Source of the DNA: Ostreococcus lucimarinus | Taxonomy: Eukaryota | Assembly: GCA_000092065.1 (NCBI GenBank) | Contig: CP000590.1 | Length of the DNA: 64,000 nucleotides | Reading direction: 5' to 3' (one strand) | Shown here: piece after piece, positions 41,452 to 50,757 of the stretch | How positions within the stretch are numbered: the stretch's first letter is position 1 | Layout of the letters: the number at the start of each line of letters is the position of its first letter | Position numbers and translations under genes: made by a program | The notes under the pieces: model-generated | Database searches by the model: none | Seen by the model: the letters and a program-made list of their open reading frames with translations, nothing else | Told to the model about the DNA's origin: nothing

Positions 41452-41985
41452 ATGTCGCTCCACGCGTCCGCGATCGTCGCGCGCGTCGCCAAACCGTCGT
41501 CGCGCGCGCCGTCTTCGAATTCGAAGACGTCGCGTCCGCGCGCCGTCGTGCGCTGCGCCGCGCGCCGCGCTCGCGACGGCGGCGACGCGCGCGATCGTCG
41601 CGCGTTTCTTCGCGACGCCGCGCTGAGCGCGCTCGCGCTCGCGACGGGCGCGGCGCGGGCCGGGGACGACGACTCGTACGCGGGGAAACTGAGCGCGAAG
41701 GAGGCGCGCAAGGCGGAAATTCTCGCCGCGACTCGAGCGAAGGCGCGGGCGCAAGCGGCGTCGAGCGCGCCCGTGAGTTCGAACGATGGCGCGCAGAGCG
41801 CGCTGAGCGAACCGACGAGCGCGACGATGTTCCGGACGGAAGATCCGGGACGCGGCGGCGGCGCGGGGGCGCCGAACGTCGCGACGCGCGAGGCGGCGGA
41901 CGAGACGCCGGCGGCGCCGGCGACGGATGAAAAGCCCGCGGGCGGTGGAAGCGAAGGCGGTGGTTTTTTGGGAATGTTTCAATGA
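41452..41985 (+). CDS. Small putative thylakoid-lumen protein with a bipartite transit peptide plus twin-arginine (Tat) signal.
   Basis: MSLHASAIVARVAKPSS.. transit-like segment, then RRAFLRDAALSALALATGAARAGD (RRxFL plus hydrophobic core plus AxA-like site). The mature part is Ala/Gly/Ser-rich and ~110 aa. ATG verified at 41452. Confidence 0.4.
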   Translation: MSLHASAIVARVAKPSSRAPSSNSKTSRPRAVVRCAARRARDGGDARDRRAFLRDAALSALALATGAARAGDDDSYAGKLSAKEARKAEILAATRAKARAQAASSAPVSSNDGAQSALSEPTSATMFRTEDPGRGGGAGAPNVATREAADETPAAPATDEKPAGGGSEGGGFLGMFQ

Positions 41986-42037
41986 ATGAATGTGTTTCGT
42001 CGCGTCGATGATCTAAGCTATCTACCTACTGTATGTT

Positions 42038-42907
42038 CTATCCGATGTAAAGATTGGTCGTTTGTTTCTCGCGTTCGTCCGTCTTCTGACGCTTCGGTTT
42101 CGTGTCTTTCCCGGCGGAGGCGAATAAAGCCGCGATGTTTCCGGCGTTCTTTTCGCACTCGCGCTTCGCCGGCTTCACGGCGTCTTCGTTTTGATAACTC
42201 GCTACGTTCATGCGCGTCGTCACCGGATGCCACTTCAAGACGCCCTTCATTTTCGGATCTCGCCCCTTGCGCTGTTCCGCCAGCGTCGCCCACGTCTCGT
42301 CGCGCATCCACGCTTCGAAATCATCGTCGTCCACGAGCACGAGCGGTTGCCTGTCGTGAAGCCACGCCAACTCGCCCTTCGACGAATCCATCGTCACCAC
42401 CGCCGTCTCCGCGTCGTTCCCCGCTCGCCGTTCAATCAAGCCCGCGAGCGCCATCGCCTGGCCGTCGCTCCGTCGCACCAAATACGGTTGTCTCACCGTC
42501 TTCCCGCGCGGTCCCTCGACCCGCCACTCGAAGAATCCATCGACGTACACGACGCACCGCGACGCCGCGTCTCGCGCGAGCGCCGCGAATCGCCCTCCCC
42601 TCAGCCCCTCGCCCCGCGCGTTGTACGCCATCTCGTCCCATCGCAGCGGCGCCTCGCGATTCGACGCCTCTCGTCGCCCGTCGCGCGCGACGCCCCACAG
42701 CGCGTCGTCGACGACGCACCGCGCGCGCGTCGTCTTCGCGTCGTCGTCGTCGTCGTCCCCTTTCGCGCCCTCCGCGCGTCGCGCCACGGGCACGCGCGCG
42801 CCCGGCGCCGCGTTCGGCGACGCGACGTAGCGCTCGCACGCGACGTCGCCCGCGCGCGCGCTCGCGCGGACGCGCTCGAGCGTCGCCTGCGCGATGCGAC
42901 CGCACAT
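42038..42907 (-). CDS. HMCES: SRAP-domain protein (HMCES/YedK family abasic-site sensor), 290 aa.
   Basis: Starts MCGRIAQ, with the catalytic Cys2 directly after the initiator Met, as in all SRAP proteins. It has conserved WDEMAYNARGE and a C-terminal basic tail. The ORF track reads 110 extra Arg-rich codons upstream. ATG verified at 42905-42907. Confidence 0.8.
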   Translation of the reverse strand: MCGRIAQATLERVRASARAGDVACERYVASPNAAPGARVPVARRAEGAKGDDDDDDAKTTRARCVVDDALWGVARDGRREASNREAPLRWDEMAYNARGEGLRGGRFAALARDAASRCVVYVDGFFEWRVEGPRGKTVRQPYLVRRSDGQAMALAGLIERRAGNDAETAVVTMDSSKGELAWLHDRQPLVLVDDDDFEAWMRDETWATLAEQRKGRDPKMKGVLKWHPVTTRMNVASYQNEDAVKPAKRECEKNAGNIAALFASAGKDTKPKRQKTDEREKQTTNLYIG

Positions 42908-42922
42908 CGCGCGCGCCGGCGA

Positions 42923-43939
42923 ATGCCGCGACCGTCGCGCGTCGCGCGCGCGTCGTCGCGCGTCGTCGCGCGCGCGCCGACGTCGAGCGCGCGACGCGTC
43001 GAGCGCCGAGGCGCGGCGCGCGACGCGACGCTGACGCGACTCGGCGACGCGACGCTGCCGCACCCGCACGACGACCACGTCCGACTCGACGTGTACGTCG
43101 GCGCGTGTCGATGCGGACGCGCGAGCGACGCGCGCGACGTGCGATTGGTGCTGCCAGAGAGCGAGGAAGCGGTCGTGGACGTGTACGCCGCGCTGGGACG
43201 GCCGAACGATGACCCGCACTGGGCGGATTTGTGGCACGGCGGCGTGGCGCTCGCGACGAAAATCTTCGAGACGCCCGAACTCGTGCGAGGGAAGCGCGTG
43301 ATCGATTTAGGGTGCGGATTAGGGATAGCGGGGATAGCGGCGGCGATGGTCGGCGCGAGAGAGGTGGTGATGACGGATAGGGAGGAACGCGCGCTGTGGT
43401 GCGCGCTCGCGGGGTGCAAGGCGAACGGGGTGCGAGACGTGCGAGAGATGCCGGCGGTTTGGAACGCGCCGGACGATTGCGCGCTGCCGACGCTGCCGGT
43501 TTTTGATGACGTTCGCGATTGTGGGTCGGATTGCGTCGTGCGCGCGGCGAAGGTGGATTGGTTCGAGCCCGAGCTCGCGCCGGGGGGATTCGACGTCGCG
43601 TTGGCGTGCGACGTGTTGTACACCCCGGACGCCGTGGACGCCATCGCGACTTTGGTGCTGCGATTGTTCGAAGACGACGGTGGGGACGGCGGTAAAGCCA
43701 TCGGCGCGAGCTCGAGCGAGGGCGAAGGGACGTTCATGTTGGCCGATCCCCCGGGACGGTTTCCGAAGAATCACGAGCGTTTCATGTCGCTCATGGAAAA
43801 TCCGTCGCGCATCCCCGGATTCGACGGTGGCGGTCGTCGATCGATCGTGCGCGTCACATCTTCGATCGAAGAATGTTTAAACTTAGAACTCGAGACGATG
43901 GCGGTGAAATTATCGACGTACGACATCGCGTCGAGGTAG
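42923..43939 (+). CDS. Class I SAM-dependent methyltransferase (METTL21/FAM86-like putative protein-lysine methyltransferase).
   Basis: Motif I VIDLGCGLGIAGIAAAMVGA, acidic loop VVMTD, post-II ACDVLY. The ORF track entry 42191..43939 is a chimera reading antisense through HMCES. The first ATG outside HMCES is 42923 (MPRPSRVA), so the start is uncertain. Confidence 0.6.
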   Translation: MPRPSRVARASSRVVARAPTSSARRVERRGAARDATLTRLGDATLPHPHDDHVRLDVYVGACRCGRASDARDVRLVLPESEEAVVDVYAALGRPNDDPHWADLWHGGVALATKIFETPELVRGKRVIDLGCGLGIAGIAAAMVGAREVVMTDREERALWCALAGCKANGVRDVREMPAVWNAPDDCALPTLPVFDDVRDCGSDCVVRAAKVDWFEPELAPGGFDVALACDVLYTPDAVDAIATLVLRLFEDDGGDGGKAIGASSSEGEGTFMLADPPGRFPKNHERFMSLMENPSRIPGFDGGGRRSIVRVTSSIEECLNLELETMAVKLSTYDIASR

Positions 43940-44116
43940 CGAACGACGAGCGCGCCGAGCGTTCGCGCCGAGCCGTCTCGCGCAAACTAGTGTAGATTGA
44001 CGCAAAAAGGAACTCTGATAGATTACAAGTACTACCCATCGACCTTTTCGTTTTCACTGATCCGTTCCTGTATGGATCGTTCGCACCCCCACTATTCTAA
44101 ATTCGACCGTCAGCGC

Positions 44117-44850
44117 CTACTCGTGGTCGACGACTTCGGTTCCCAAACCTTTGAACCCGTTCGGGGTGTCGACCACGGTGACGTACGAGTAAAGATCCTC
44201 ATCCGCATCCTTGTTGTCGTTGTGCTTGCGGGAGATTTGCACGCGAATTCGCTTCGGGACCTGCGCATCATTCACGACGAGCGTTCGCATCTTCGTCAGT
44301 CTCCGTCTCGTCGTCGCCTTCGAGTTCCTCTAGGGTCGCGCGTCGCGTCGCTCGTCGTCGTCATCATCCCATCCGCGTCCGTTCGCTTCGCCGATCACGC
44401 ACGTTACGAATGCCCTTGCTCCACACCGCCTTATTAAGCTTCACATCGATCCGCACGTCCGACGTCTTCATCGTCTTTTGCGCAAACTTTTTAATCTACG
44501 TCCGTCGCACACGCATCGTCGCGCGGTCAGTCATCGATCGCACTCATCCTCCCGTCCGCGCGCATCCGCGCGTCCGCGCCCCTCGCGCGACGCCCGATCG
44601 TTCGCGCGCATTTCGATCGACCGTATCCGTCCGTCTCGTCGCGTTCGCGTCCTCGCGCGCGCGTCCGCGCGCGTTCGCGCGTCGCGTCGCGCATCCATTC
44701 TAGGGTCTCGTCGCGCGCGCGCGATCGAGCACGCACCGCCGCGACCGCGCGAGGCGCGCGCTTCTTGAACGTCACGCCGGTGATGGCCTTGCCGAGGTTG
44801 ATGGTGTACTCGCGCGTGATGACGTCGGCGGGCTTGGATTCGCGGCCCAT
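44117..44850 (-). CDS. RPL31: 60S ribosomal protein L31e as three exons: 44737..44850, 44403..44495 and 44117..44260. Introns are 241 and 142 nt, both with donor GTGCGT, branch ACTGAC and acceptors TAG/CAG.
   Basis: The spliced product [38 protein letters not shown]|[31 protein letters not shown]|[47 protein letters not shown] (116 aa) is colinear with eukaryotic RPL31 ([81 protein letters not shown]). The ORF track shows only exon 1 inside a junk ORF. Exons 2-3 are below the ORF size cutoff. Confidence 0.85.
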
Positions 44851-45162
44851 CGTGCGTGACGCGCGTCGTGAAGAGACGGCGCGCGCGCGCGCGCCATCGA
44901 CCTCGTCCAGGCGGGTCCGAGTCTTCGGTCGAGTCGAAACTCGTCGGGGGAGGGGGTCGCAGTATTGTGGATCGCGAACGCCCATCATCATATCTACAGA
45001 ATGGATTGACATTCGGGGCGTGCTGACTGTTTGCGCATACTGCGGGACGGGTCGAGACGCGGACGGCCGCGCGCGCGCGCGGACGCGGATCGCGTCGACG
45101 ACGTCGACGTCGAGACGTCGAGACGCCACCGTCCGAGGCGACGTCGACGTCCGAGGCGGTGG

Positions 45163-46017
45163 TCACGCGGCGTGGACGTCGGGATCGGGACGCGCGTGAC
45201 GCTCGGCGAGCGTCGGCGCGAGCTCGTCCTCGAGCATCGGTTCGCTGTCGGAATCGCCGTCGGAATAGCTCGGCGGCTTGGCGCTTGACGTTGCCGATGC
45301 GCGAGCGTTCGACGCGAGCGCCGGCGCGGACGAGGGGCGGTCGTCGAAACCGTCGGCGTCGGCGTCCGAGTCGTCGCCGTCGCCGGTTTTCTCGGGCACG
45401 TCCGCGGGACGCATGAATCCGCTCGTCGCGCGCACCGTGGTGGTGGTGCCGTCGCTGTCGATCATGACGAGCAGTTTGGGGTACTCGTCCGCGTCGCCGC
45501 GCTCGATGTCGACGGGTTTCGGCGCGCGACGCGACGCGTCCGCGTCCGCGTCCCCGTCGCTCGCCGCCCACGGCCACGGCTCGGCGTCCCGCCGTCCCAT
45601 CCTCGTCACCTCGTCCAGGAGCGCGGGCGTGAAGCATCCTCGACTCACCGCGAACGGTACCGCGATCGTGCGCCGCCTCGTCGGTCGCGGTTCGCCCGCG
45701 CGACGCTCGCGCGGCGGGTCCAGCGGTTCGCACAGCAACACCGCCGCGCCTTCCGCCGCGCCGTTGGCGCGCCTGGGCGCGACGTCGCGCCACAGACCGC
45801 TTCGCATGAGACTGACGTACGCGCCGTACGCTTCGGCGTCGTCGGCGAGCCCGCGCGCGCGCGCGAGGCGCGATTTCGACGCCGCCGCGCGCTGGGCGTC
45901 GTCTTCGGCGTTCGCCGTCGTCGCGTCGCGCGACGACGACGCGCGCAGGGCGCGCGCGAAGTCGTCGTACGGCATCGTTGGCGCCACGGCGCTCGCGCGC
46001 GACGCGGGCGTCGCCAT
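45163..46017 (-). CDS. Hypothetical protein (284 aa, Asp/Ala-rich).
   Basis: ORF only. Segments such as EYPKLLVMIDSDGTTTTVRATSGFMRPADVPEK look protein-like, but there is no family match. It may be a compositional artefact. Confidence 0.25.
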   Translation of the reverse strand: MATPASRASAVAPTMPYDDFARALRASSSRDATTANAEDDAQRAAASKSRLARARGLADDAEAYGAYVSLMRSGLWRDVAPRRANGAAEGAAVLLCEPLDPPRERRAGEPRPTRRRTIAVPFAVSRGCFTPALLDEVTRMGRRDAEPWPWAASDGDADADASRRAPKPVDIERGDADEYPKLLVMIDSDGTTTTVRATSGFMRPADVPEKTGDGDDSDADADGFDDRPSSAPALASNARASATSSAKPPSYSDGDSDSEPMLEDELAPTLAERHARPDPDVHAA

Positions 46018-46151
46018 GTCGCCGGCGCGGGTCGCGGCGGCGACGAATGCGGCGTCGCGCGAGGACGAAGCGGCGCCCGTCGCCCGCGCCTATTCATACA
46101 TGCCTATTCACTCCACTACCGCGACGTTCTAAAACCCGTCGAAGGTTCGCG

Positions 46152-46904
46152 CTACTTTTTCTTTCGCTTCATCTCCGCCACGCGCTTGCGCACGAAGGCT
46201 GCCCTGAGCTTTTCGCGCGCGCCCTCGAGCGCTTCGCGCTCGCGTCGCTTCGCCGCCTCCACCGCGTCCCGTTCGCGTTCCGTCTCGCGCTCGATGTCGA
46301 ACACCACCCGCCGCGCCTCCGCCGCGCGTTCCGCGTCGCGCTCTTCGTTTTCGATCTCGCGCTCCCACCTCCGACGCTCGAGCTCGCGTCGCGCGTCGTC
46401 CGAAACCATGTCGCCCGCCGACGCGACGGCGTCGCGCGCGTCTCGCGCGCCGCGCGCCTCCACCGCGCCCCCGTCCCGTCCCTCCCGAGTCTTCGCCGCG
46501 AAATCCACCTCGTATTCGCTCGCCTCGCCCAGCGTCTCGCGTCCGCCCGCGACGAGTCGGTCGTACAGCGCCGCCTTTTTCTCCAGCGCCGCCGCCCGCT
46601 CGACGCCGCCGCCGCGCCGCGCCGCCCGCCGCGCCTCCTCGTCCCTCGCCGCGCGCGCCCGCACGCCCGCGTTCGAGCGCTCCGTCGCGCGTCGTTTTCG
46701 CCCGACCGCTTCGCGCGCGTCGCGCCCGCGTCGCGACGCTTCGCGCGCGCGCATCATCGTCGCGCGCAGCGTCACGAGCGACGCGTCGTCGACGCGCTCG
46801 ATCGCGCGCGCCGCGCGCGGCATCGCGGACGACGACGCGCGCCATCCGTAATCGACCCCGCGCGCGTCCGCGCGCGCGCCGCGATCGCGCGCGCCGCTCG
46901 ACAT
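46152..46904 (-). CDS. CCDC174-like charged coiled-coil protein.
   Basis: LEKKAALYDRLVAGG..EYEVDF parallels the conserved CCDC174 N-terminal motif (LEEKAKLYEKMTKGD..YLVDF). Glu/Arg-rich coiled coil with a lysine tail MKRKKK. Start uncertain. Confidence 0.45.
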   Translation of the reverse strand: MSSGARDRGARADARGVDYGWRASSSAMPRAARAIERVDDASLVTLRATMMRAREASRRGRDAREAVGRKRRATERSNAGVRARAARDEEARRAARRGGGVERAAALEKKAALYDRLVAGGRETLGEASEYEVDFAAKTREGRDGGAVEARGARDARDAVASAGDMVSDDARRELERRRWEREIENEERDAERAAEARRVVFDIERETERERDAVEAAKRREREALEGAREKLRAAFVRKRVAEMKRKKK

Positions 46905-47185
46905 CGCGCGTCGACGAGTGTCACAGCGCGACGGCTCGAGCGTCGCGTCGACTCGACGCCCGATGCCTCGCGCGCGGCGTCGCGCGCGCGCCGCGATCGC
47001 GATCGCGATCGCGGCGCTCGCGCTCGAGACGCGCGGCGCGCGCGGCGACGACGACGCGCGCGCGCGCGCGGTTCGGTGCGTCGACGCGATGGCGGACGCG
47101 ACGACGACGACGCGACGCGACGACGACGCGACGCGCGAAGACTGACGACGAACGACGCGACGCGACCGATCGCAGCGAACGCGTG

Positions 47186-48487
47186 ATGCGCCGACCGGAC
47201 GCGCGAACGACGTCGCTCAGGATCGGATTCGGGTCGTGCAACAAACAATCGCTGGACATGACGCTGCTGTGGCCGGACGTCGCGCGCGAGGAATACGACG
47301 CGTTCGCGTGGATCGGAGACGCGGTGTACGCGGACGAACGGGTGAAACTGGCGAATGGGGAACGGACGCGACGGTATTTGGGGGAGAAAGCGCACGAGGA
47401 GGCGTACGAGAGGGTGAAGAGGGACGAGGCGTACGCGGCGGTGCGGAGGCGAGCGGACGTCGTCGGGACGTGGGATGATCACGATTATGGGTTTAATAAC
47501 GCGGGGAAACACTGGTCGCGCAAGGCGTTCGCGAAGAAGGCGTTTTTGGACTTCTTGGACGAACCGGTCGGGAGCGAGCGGCGCACGCGCGAGGGCGGGG
47601 TGTGGGACTCGGTGGATTACGTGGACGAGGCGAGCGGGCGACGAGCGCGGGTGATTTTGTTGGATTTGCGTTGGGATTTGGAAGAACCGGACGAGGTGAG
47701 CGAGGGGAAGATGATGAGCGAGACGCAGTGGGCGTGGTTCGAAACGCAGCTCGCGGCGGAACCGAAACCCGAGGTGACGATCGTGGGGAGTGGGATTCAA
47801 GTCATAGAGGCGCCGCACTTGATGTTGCGGCCGCTGGCGCCGTACGTCGAGCCGGCTCGACTCGTCGCCGAAGGCTTAGAGAGTTGGTCGCGCGTTCCTC
47901 GCGAGCAATCGAGATTGTTTGATACGATCAAACGAACGGGTGCGCGCGTGGTTTTCATGTCCGGCGACGTGCACCACGGACAAATCGCCGCGGCGGCGCC
48001 GGGATGTTACCTGCCGTACAAAACCATCGACATCACCTCGAGCGGGTTCACGCACACCCCGTTCAGGGACGCGAAGCCGTGGCCGTTGGCTCTGTTCTTG
48101 CGCCTCGCGACGCCGAAGTACTTTCGTCAATGGATTCTCCCCTCGTACACGCGTTGGACGGACATCAACTACGGCGAAATCGAAATCGATTGGGCGCGAG
48201 GCGCCGTCTTCGCTCGCATCAAGAGCGTCGGCGGCAAAGTCGCGCTCGAAGAATCCGTGACGTTCGCCGAGCTCGATGAAAACGTCCCAGATCTCGGGTT
48301 CGATCGTGCTGGATGCAACTTGACGCTCGAAATGAGTCCAAAAATGCGCGCCTTTCGCATCGTCGTCTTCTTCACCTGGCTCGCGGGCGTGTACGCGTTC
48401 AAATTCTTGGCGCCGATTTTCGTCGCCGCGTACGCGGTCCGGAAAGCGCGAAGATACGCGCGCGCGCGCGGCTTGAAGCAAGATTGA
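47186..48487 (+). CDS. PhoD-like metallophosphatase (alkaline phosphatase D family) with a C-terminal TM anchor.
   Basis: LRIGFGSCNKQ, GDAVYAD, WDDHDYGFNNAG, VFMSGDVHHGQ, C-terminal hydrophobic FRIVVFFTWLAGVYAFKFLAPIFVAAY. The true ATG is 47186 (the track starts at the GTG 47183). Confidence 0.65.
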   Translation: MRRPDARTTSLRIGFGSCNKQSLDMTLLWPDVAREEYDAFAWIGDAVYADERVKLANGERTRRYLGEKAHEEAYERVKRDEAYAAVRRRADVVGTWDDHDYGFNNAGKHWSRKAFAKKAFLDFLDEPVGSERRTREGGVWDSVDYVDEASGRRARVILLDLRWDLEEPDEVSEGKMMSETQWAWFETQLAAEPKPEVTIVGSGIQVIEAPHLMLRPLAPYVEPARLVAEGLESWSRVPREQSRLFDTIKRTGARVVFMSGDVHHGQIAAAAPGCYLPYKTIDITSSGFTHTPFRDAKPWPLALFLRLATPKYFRQWILPSYTRWTDINYGEIEIDWARGAVFARIKSVGGKVALEESVTFAELDENVPDLGFDRAGCNLTLEMSPKMRAFRIVVFFTWLAGVYAFKFLAPIFVAAYAVRKARRYARARGLKQD

Positions 48488-48545
48488 TGAAGAATTGATA
48501 AAGAATTGATGAAGAATTGATGAAGACTTGATAAAGAATACTGAA
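48478..48545. repeat. AT-rich 12-bp tandem repeat (gaattgat[ga]aag x ~5) in the shared 3' intergenic region of the convergent PhoD-like and HSDL2 genes.
   Basis: Seen directly: ..gattgatgaagaattgataaagaattgatgaagaattgatgaagacttgataaagaat. Confidence 0.8.
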
Positions 48546-48575
48546 TGTGTGAAATATAGCTACCATACCTAACGC

Positions 48576-49502
48576 CTACAACCTGCTCCTCGCCTTGTCC
48601 TTTGAAAGTTTCTTGACGTCACCCCTGCGAACGTCCCAGCCCGCGGACTCCGATCCGGGCGCGAGCAAACGCTTTGGCTCCACGTCCGGATTGCACCGAT
48701 ACTTGACGAAATCTTCTGGAAACTTCGCCCCTCGCGTTTGCAAGTACTCGTCGTCGATCAACGTTTGCCCCGTCGTGTGCGCGTCGCAACACAGCTCCAC
48801 GACGCAATCCGCCAAGATGTCCGCCTTGCGCCAGTTATCCCGCGACCCGAGCTCAAAATTCTCGCTCGCCAGGCTCTCCACGATCGTCGCCGGCCACAGC
48901 GCGTTCCCGGTGACGCCGTATTTCTCTCCCTCCGCCGCCGCGCCGAGCGCCACCATGCTCATCCCGCACTTGGACATGTAATACGCCGTCTTCGTCTCGT
49001 ACTCCTTATAGCTCTTCGGCAGCGGCGGTCCCATCGAGATCACCCGTCCGCCTCGCCCGCCCGCTCGCATCTCCCGCAGGCACGCCCGCGTCAGCACGAA
49101 CGCCCCTCGCGCGTTCACCCCCTGTATCAAATCGTACTTCTTCGTCGGCGTGTCCTCGATGTCTTGCCACCACAGCGCGCTCGCGTTGTTCACCAGCACG
49201 TCGATGCGGCCGTACCTCGCCTTCGCTCGCGCCACGCACGCCAGAATCGACGCCTCGTCCAGCAGATTCACGACGCATCCCATCGCGCGCGCGCCGTGCG
49301 TCGCCACCGCGTCGCACTCGCGCGCGACGCCGTGCACCGTCCCGGGAAGCGTCGCCGACTCGGTCGCGCTCTTCGCCGCGACGACGACGTTGACGCCGCG
49401 CCGCGCGAGCGCGAGCGCGCACGCGCGGCCGATCCCGCGCGACGCGCCGGAGACGACCGCCACCTTACCCGCGAGCGCGTCGGCGGCGGCGTCGCGCGGC
49501 AT
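48576..49502 (-). CDS. HSDL2: Hydroxysteroid dehydrogenase-like 2 (HSDL2)-type short-chain dehydrogenase, without an SCP2 domain.
   Basis: VVSGASRGIGRA (TGxxxGIG), LVNNASA, YYMSKCGMSM (YxxxK). Colinear with HSDL2 (IDILVNNASA.., TPTKRLDLM.., NALWPKT.., DCVVEL/DAAYSI). ATG verified at 49500-49502. Confidence 0.85.
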   Translation of the reverse strand: MPRDAAADALAGKVAVVSGASRGIGRACALALARRGVNVVVAAKSATESATLPGTVHGVARECDAVATHGARAMGCVVNLLDEASILACVARAKARYGRIDVLVNNASALWWQDIEDTPTKKYDLIQGVNARGAFVLTRACLREMRAGGRGGRVISMGPPLPKSYKEYETKTAYYMSKCGMSMVALGAAAEGEKYGVTGNALWPATIVESLASENFELGSRDNWRKADILADCVVELCCDAHTTGQTLIDDEYLQTRGAKFPEDFVKYRCNPDVEPKRLLAPGSESAGWDVRRGDVKKLSKDKARSRL

Positions 49503-49633
49503 GTCGCCGACGACGTCCCGCGCGCGTCGCGCGGCTCGCTCGTCGGCGTCGGCGTCGACGCGCGCGTCGATTCGCGACGGGCGCGGCGACGAGTGACGTC
49601 GATCGACAGCGCGCGACGCGCGCGCGCGACGCG

Positions 49634-50734
49634 ATGCGGGCGCCGCGCGCGACGGCGACGGCGACGGCGACGACGGCGGCGCGCGCGACGATTCGCGCGA
49701 CGACGCGCGCGCGCGCGACGGCGCGCGCGACGGCGGGCGCGGTGCTGCGCATCGCGACGCTCGGGGACGGCGACGACGCGGTCGCGCTCGTCAGCGACGC
49801 GACGGGGACGCTGCGCGCGGTGCGCGGGAATGAGAGCGACGCGCGCGCGTGCGCGCTGCGAGGGCTGGGCGCGAGCGCGGCGACGCGAGGACCGTTTTGG
49901 TCGATGGCGAGCGCGGGCGCGGCGAACGCGAACGGGACGGCGCGCGCGCTGGTCGGGACGAGCGGGAAGCACCTCGCGACGTGCGTCGTGGACGCGCGCG
50001 ACGGCAGAGAGACGATTGAGGTGCGCGCGGAGGGCGACGCGCTCGGGCCGCACACGGGGTACGTGCGGGACGTGGCGACGACGCGAGACGGGCGAACGGC
50101 GTGGAGCTGCGCGTGCAACTTCGCGCCGAAGTGGACGCGCGGCGAAGACGGGACGTGGACGGCGGCGGCGGCGCGCGAGACGCTGCGGTTGTTCACGGGC
50201 GATATACTGCGCCTGTGCGTGCTCGAGGATGGCGATGACGTCACCGTGTTCTGCGGCGTCGCCGACGGGACGGTGCGGGCGTTCGACGCGTCGACGACGA
50301 CGCCGCGGGATTTGGGCGCGGTCGGCGGCGACGCGAGCGCGACGAGAGGTCGAGTATCGGCGCTGTGCGTCGTCGATGGACGTTGGTTGGTCTCGGGGAG
50401 TCACGACGGGCGCGTGCTCGTGCACGACGCGCGAACGCCGTCGTCGCCCGCCGTCGCCGAGATTGAACGTCTGGACGGCAAAGTGCACGACATCTTAGCG
50501 CTCGACGACGGACGCGTGCTCGTCGCGGGTGAATTCGGGATCGAGGTGTTCGAAAATGCGCCCGAACTCGCGCCGTTGCGCGGCGATGAGGACGACGAGG
50601 AAATGTTTGGGCGGTTTCGCTCGCTCGCGATTCGCGCGCTCGCAAAGACTTCGTCTCGACTCTTCGTCGGCGCGGCGTCGGGAGAAGTGACGGCGATCAG
50701 ACTCGACCGCGAACGTAGATCTAGATCTAGATAG
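49634..50734 (+). CDS. WD40-repeat-like protein (hypothetical), divergent from HSDL2.
   Basis: Repeated beta-strand/WD-like units (HTGYVRDVATTRDGRTAWSCA, GSHDGRVLVHDAR, VLVAGEFGIEVFE). The N-terminal 60 aa are Ala/Thr/Arg low complexity, so the start is uncertain. Confidence 0.4.
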   Translation: MRAPRATATATATTAARATIRATTRARATARATAGAVLRIATLGDGDDAVALVSDATGTLRAVRGNESDARACALRGLGASAATRGPFWSMASAGAANANGTARALVGTSGKHLATCVVDARDGRETIEVRAEGDALGPHTGYVRDVATTRDGRTAWSCACNFAPKWTRGEDGTWTAAAARETLRLFTGDILRLCVLEDGDDVTVFCGVADGTVRAFDASTTTPRDLGAVGGDASATRGRVSALCVVDGRWLVSGSHDGRVLVHDARTPSSPAVAEIERLDGKVHDILALDDGRVLVAGEFGIEVFENAPELAPLRGDEDDEEMFGRFRSLAIRALAKTSSRLFVGAASGEVTAIRLDRERRSRSR

Positions 50735-50757
50735 TCATTCATTAGCGTTACGTAGCT

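Noticed and set aside
42191-43939. 582-aa ORF-track entry
   Set aside because: Chimera: the 5' 240 codons are antisense of HMCES (Arg-rich). Only the 3' part (from ATG 42923) is a credible methyltransferase.
43997-44437. 146-aa plus-strand ORF
   Set aside because: It is antisense to RPL31 exon 3 and intron 2. The RPL31 reading on the minus strand is strongly supported by homology.
44527-45793. Long minus-strand Arg-rich ORFs (44527..45129, 44531..45793)
   Set aside because: Only the short segment encoding [21 protein letters not shown].. (RPL31 exon 1) is real. The remainder is GC-driven read-through.
48738-50498. 586-aa plus ORF and 406-aa minus ORF (49268..50488) of Arg-rich composition
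   Set aside because: They are antisense or out-of-frame to HSDL2 and the WD40 gene, have no domains, and carry poly-Arg runs.
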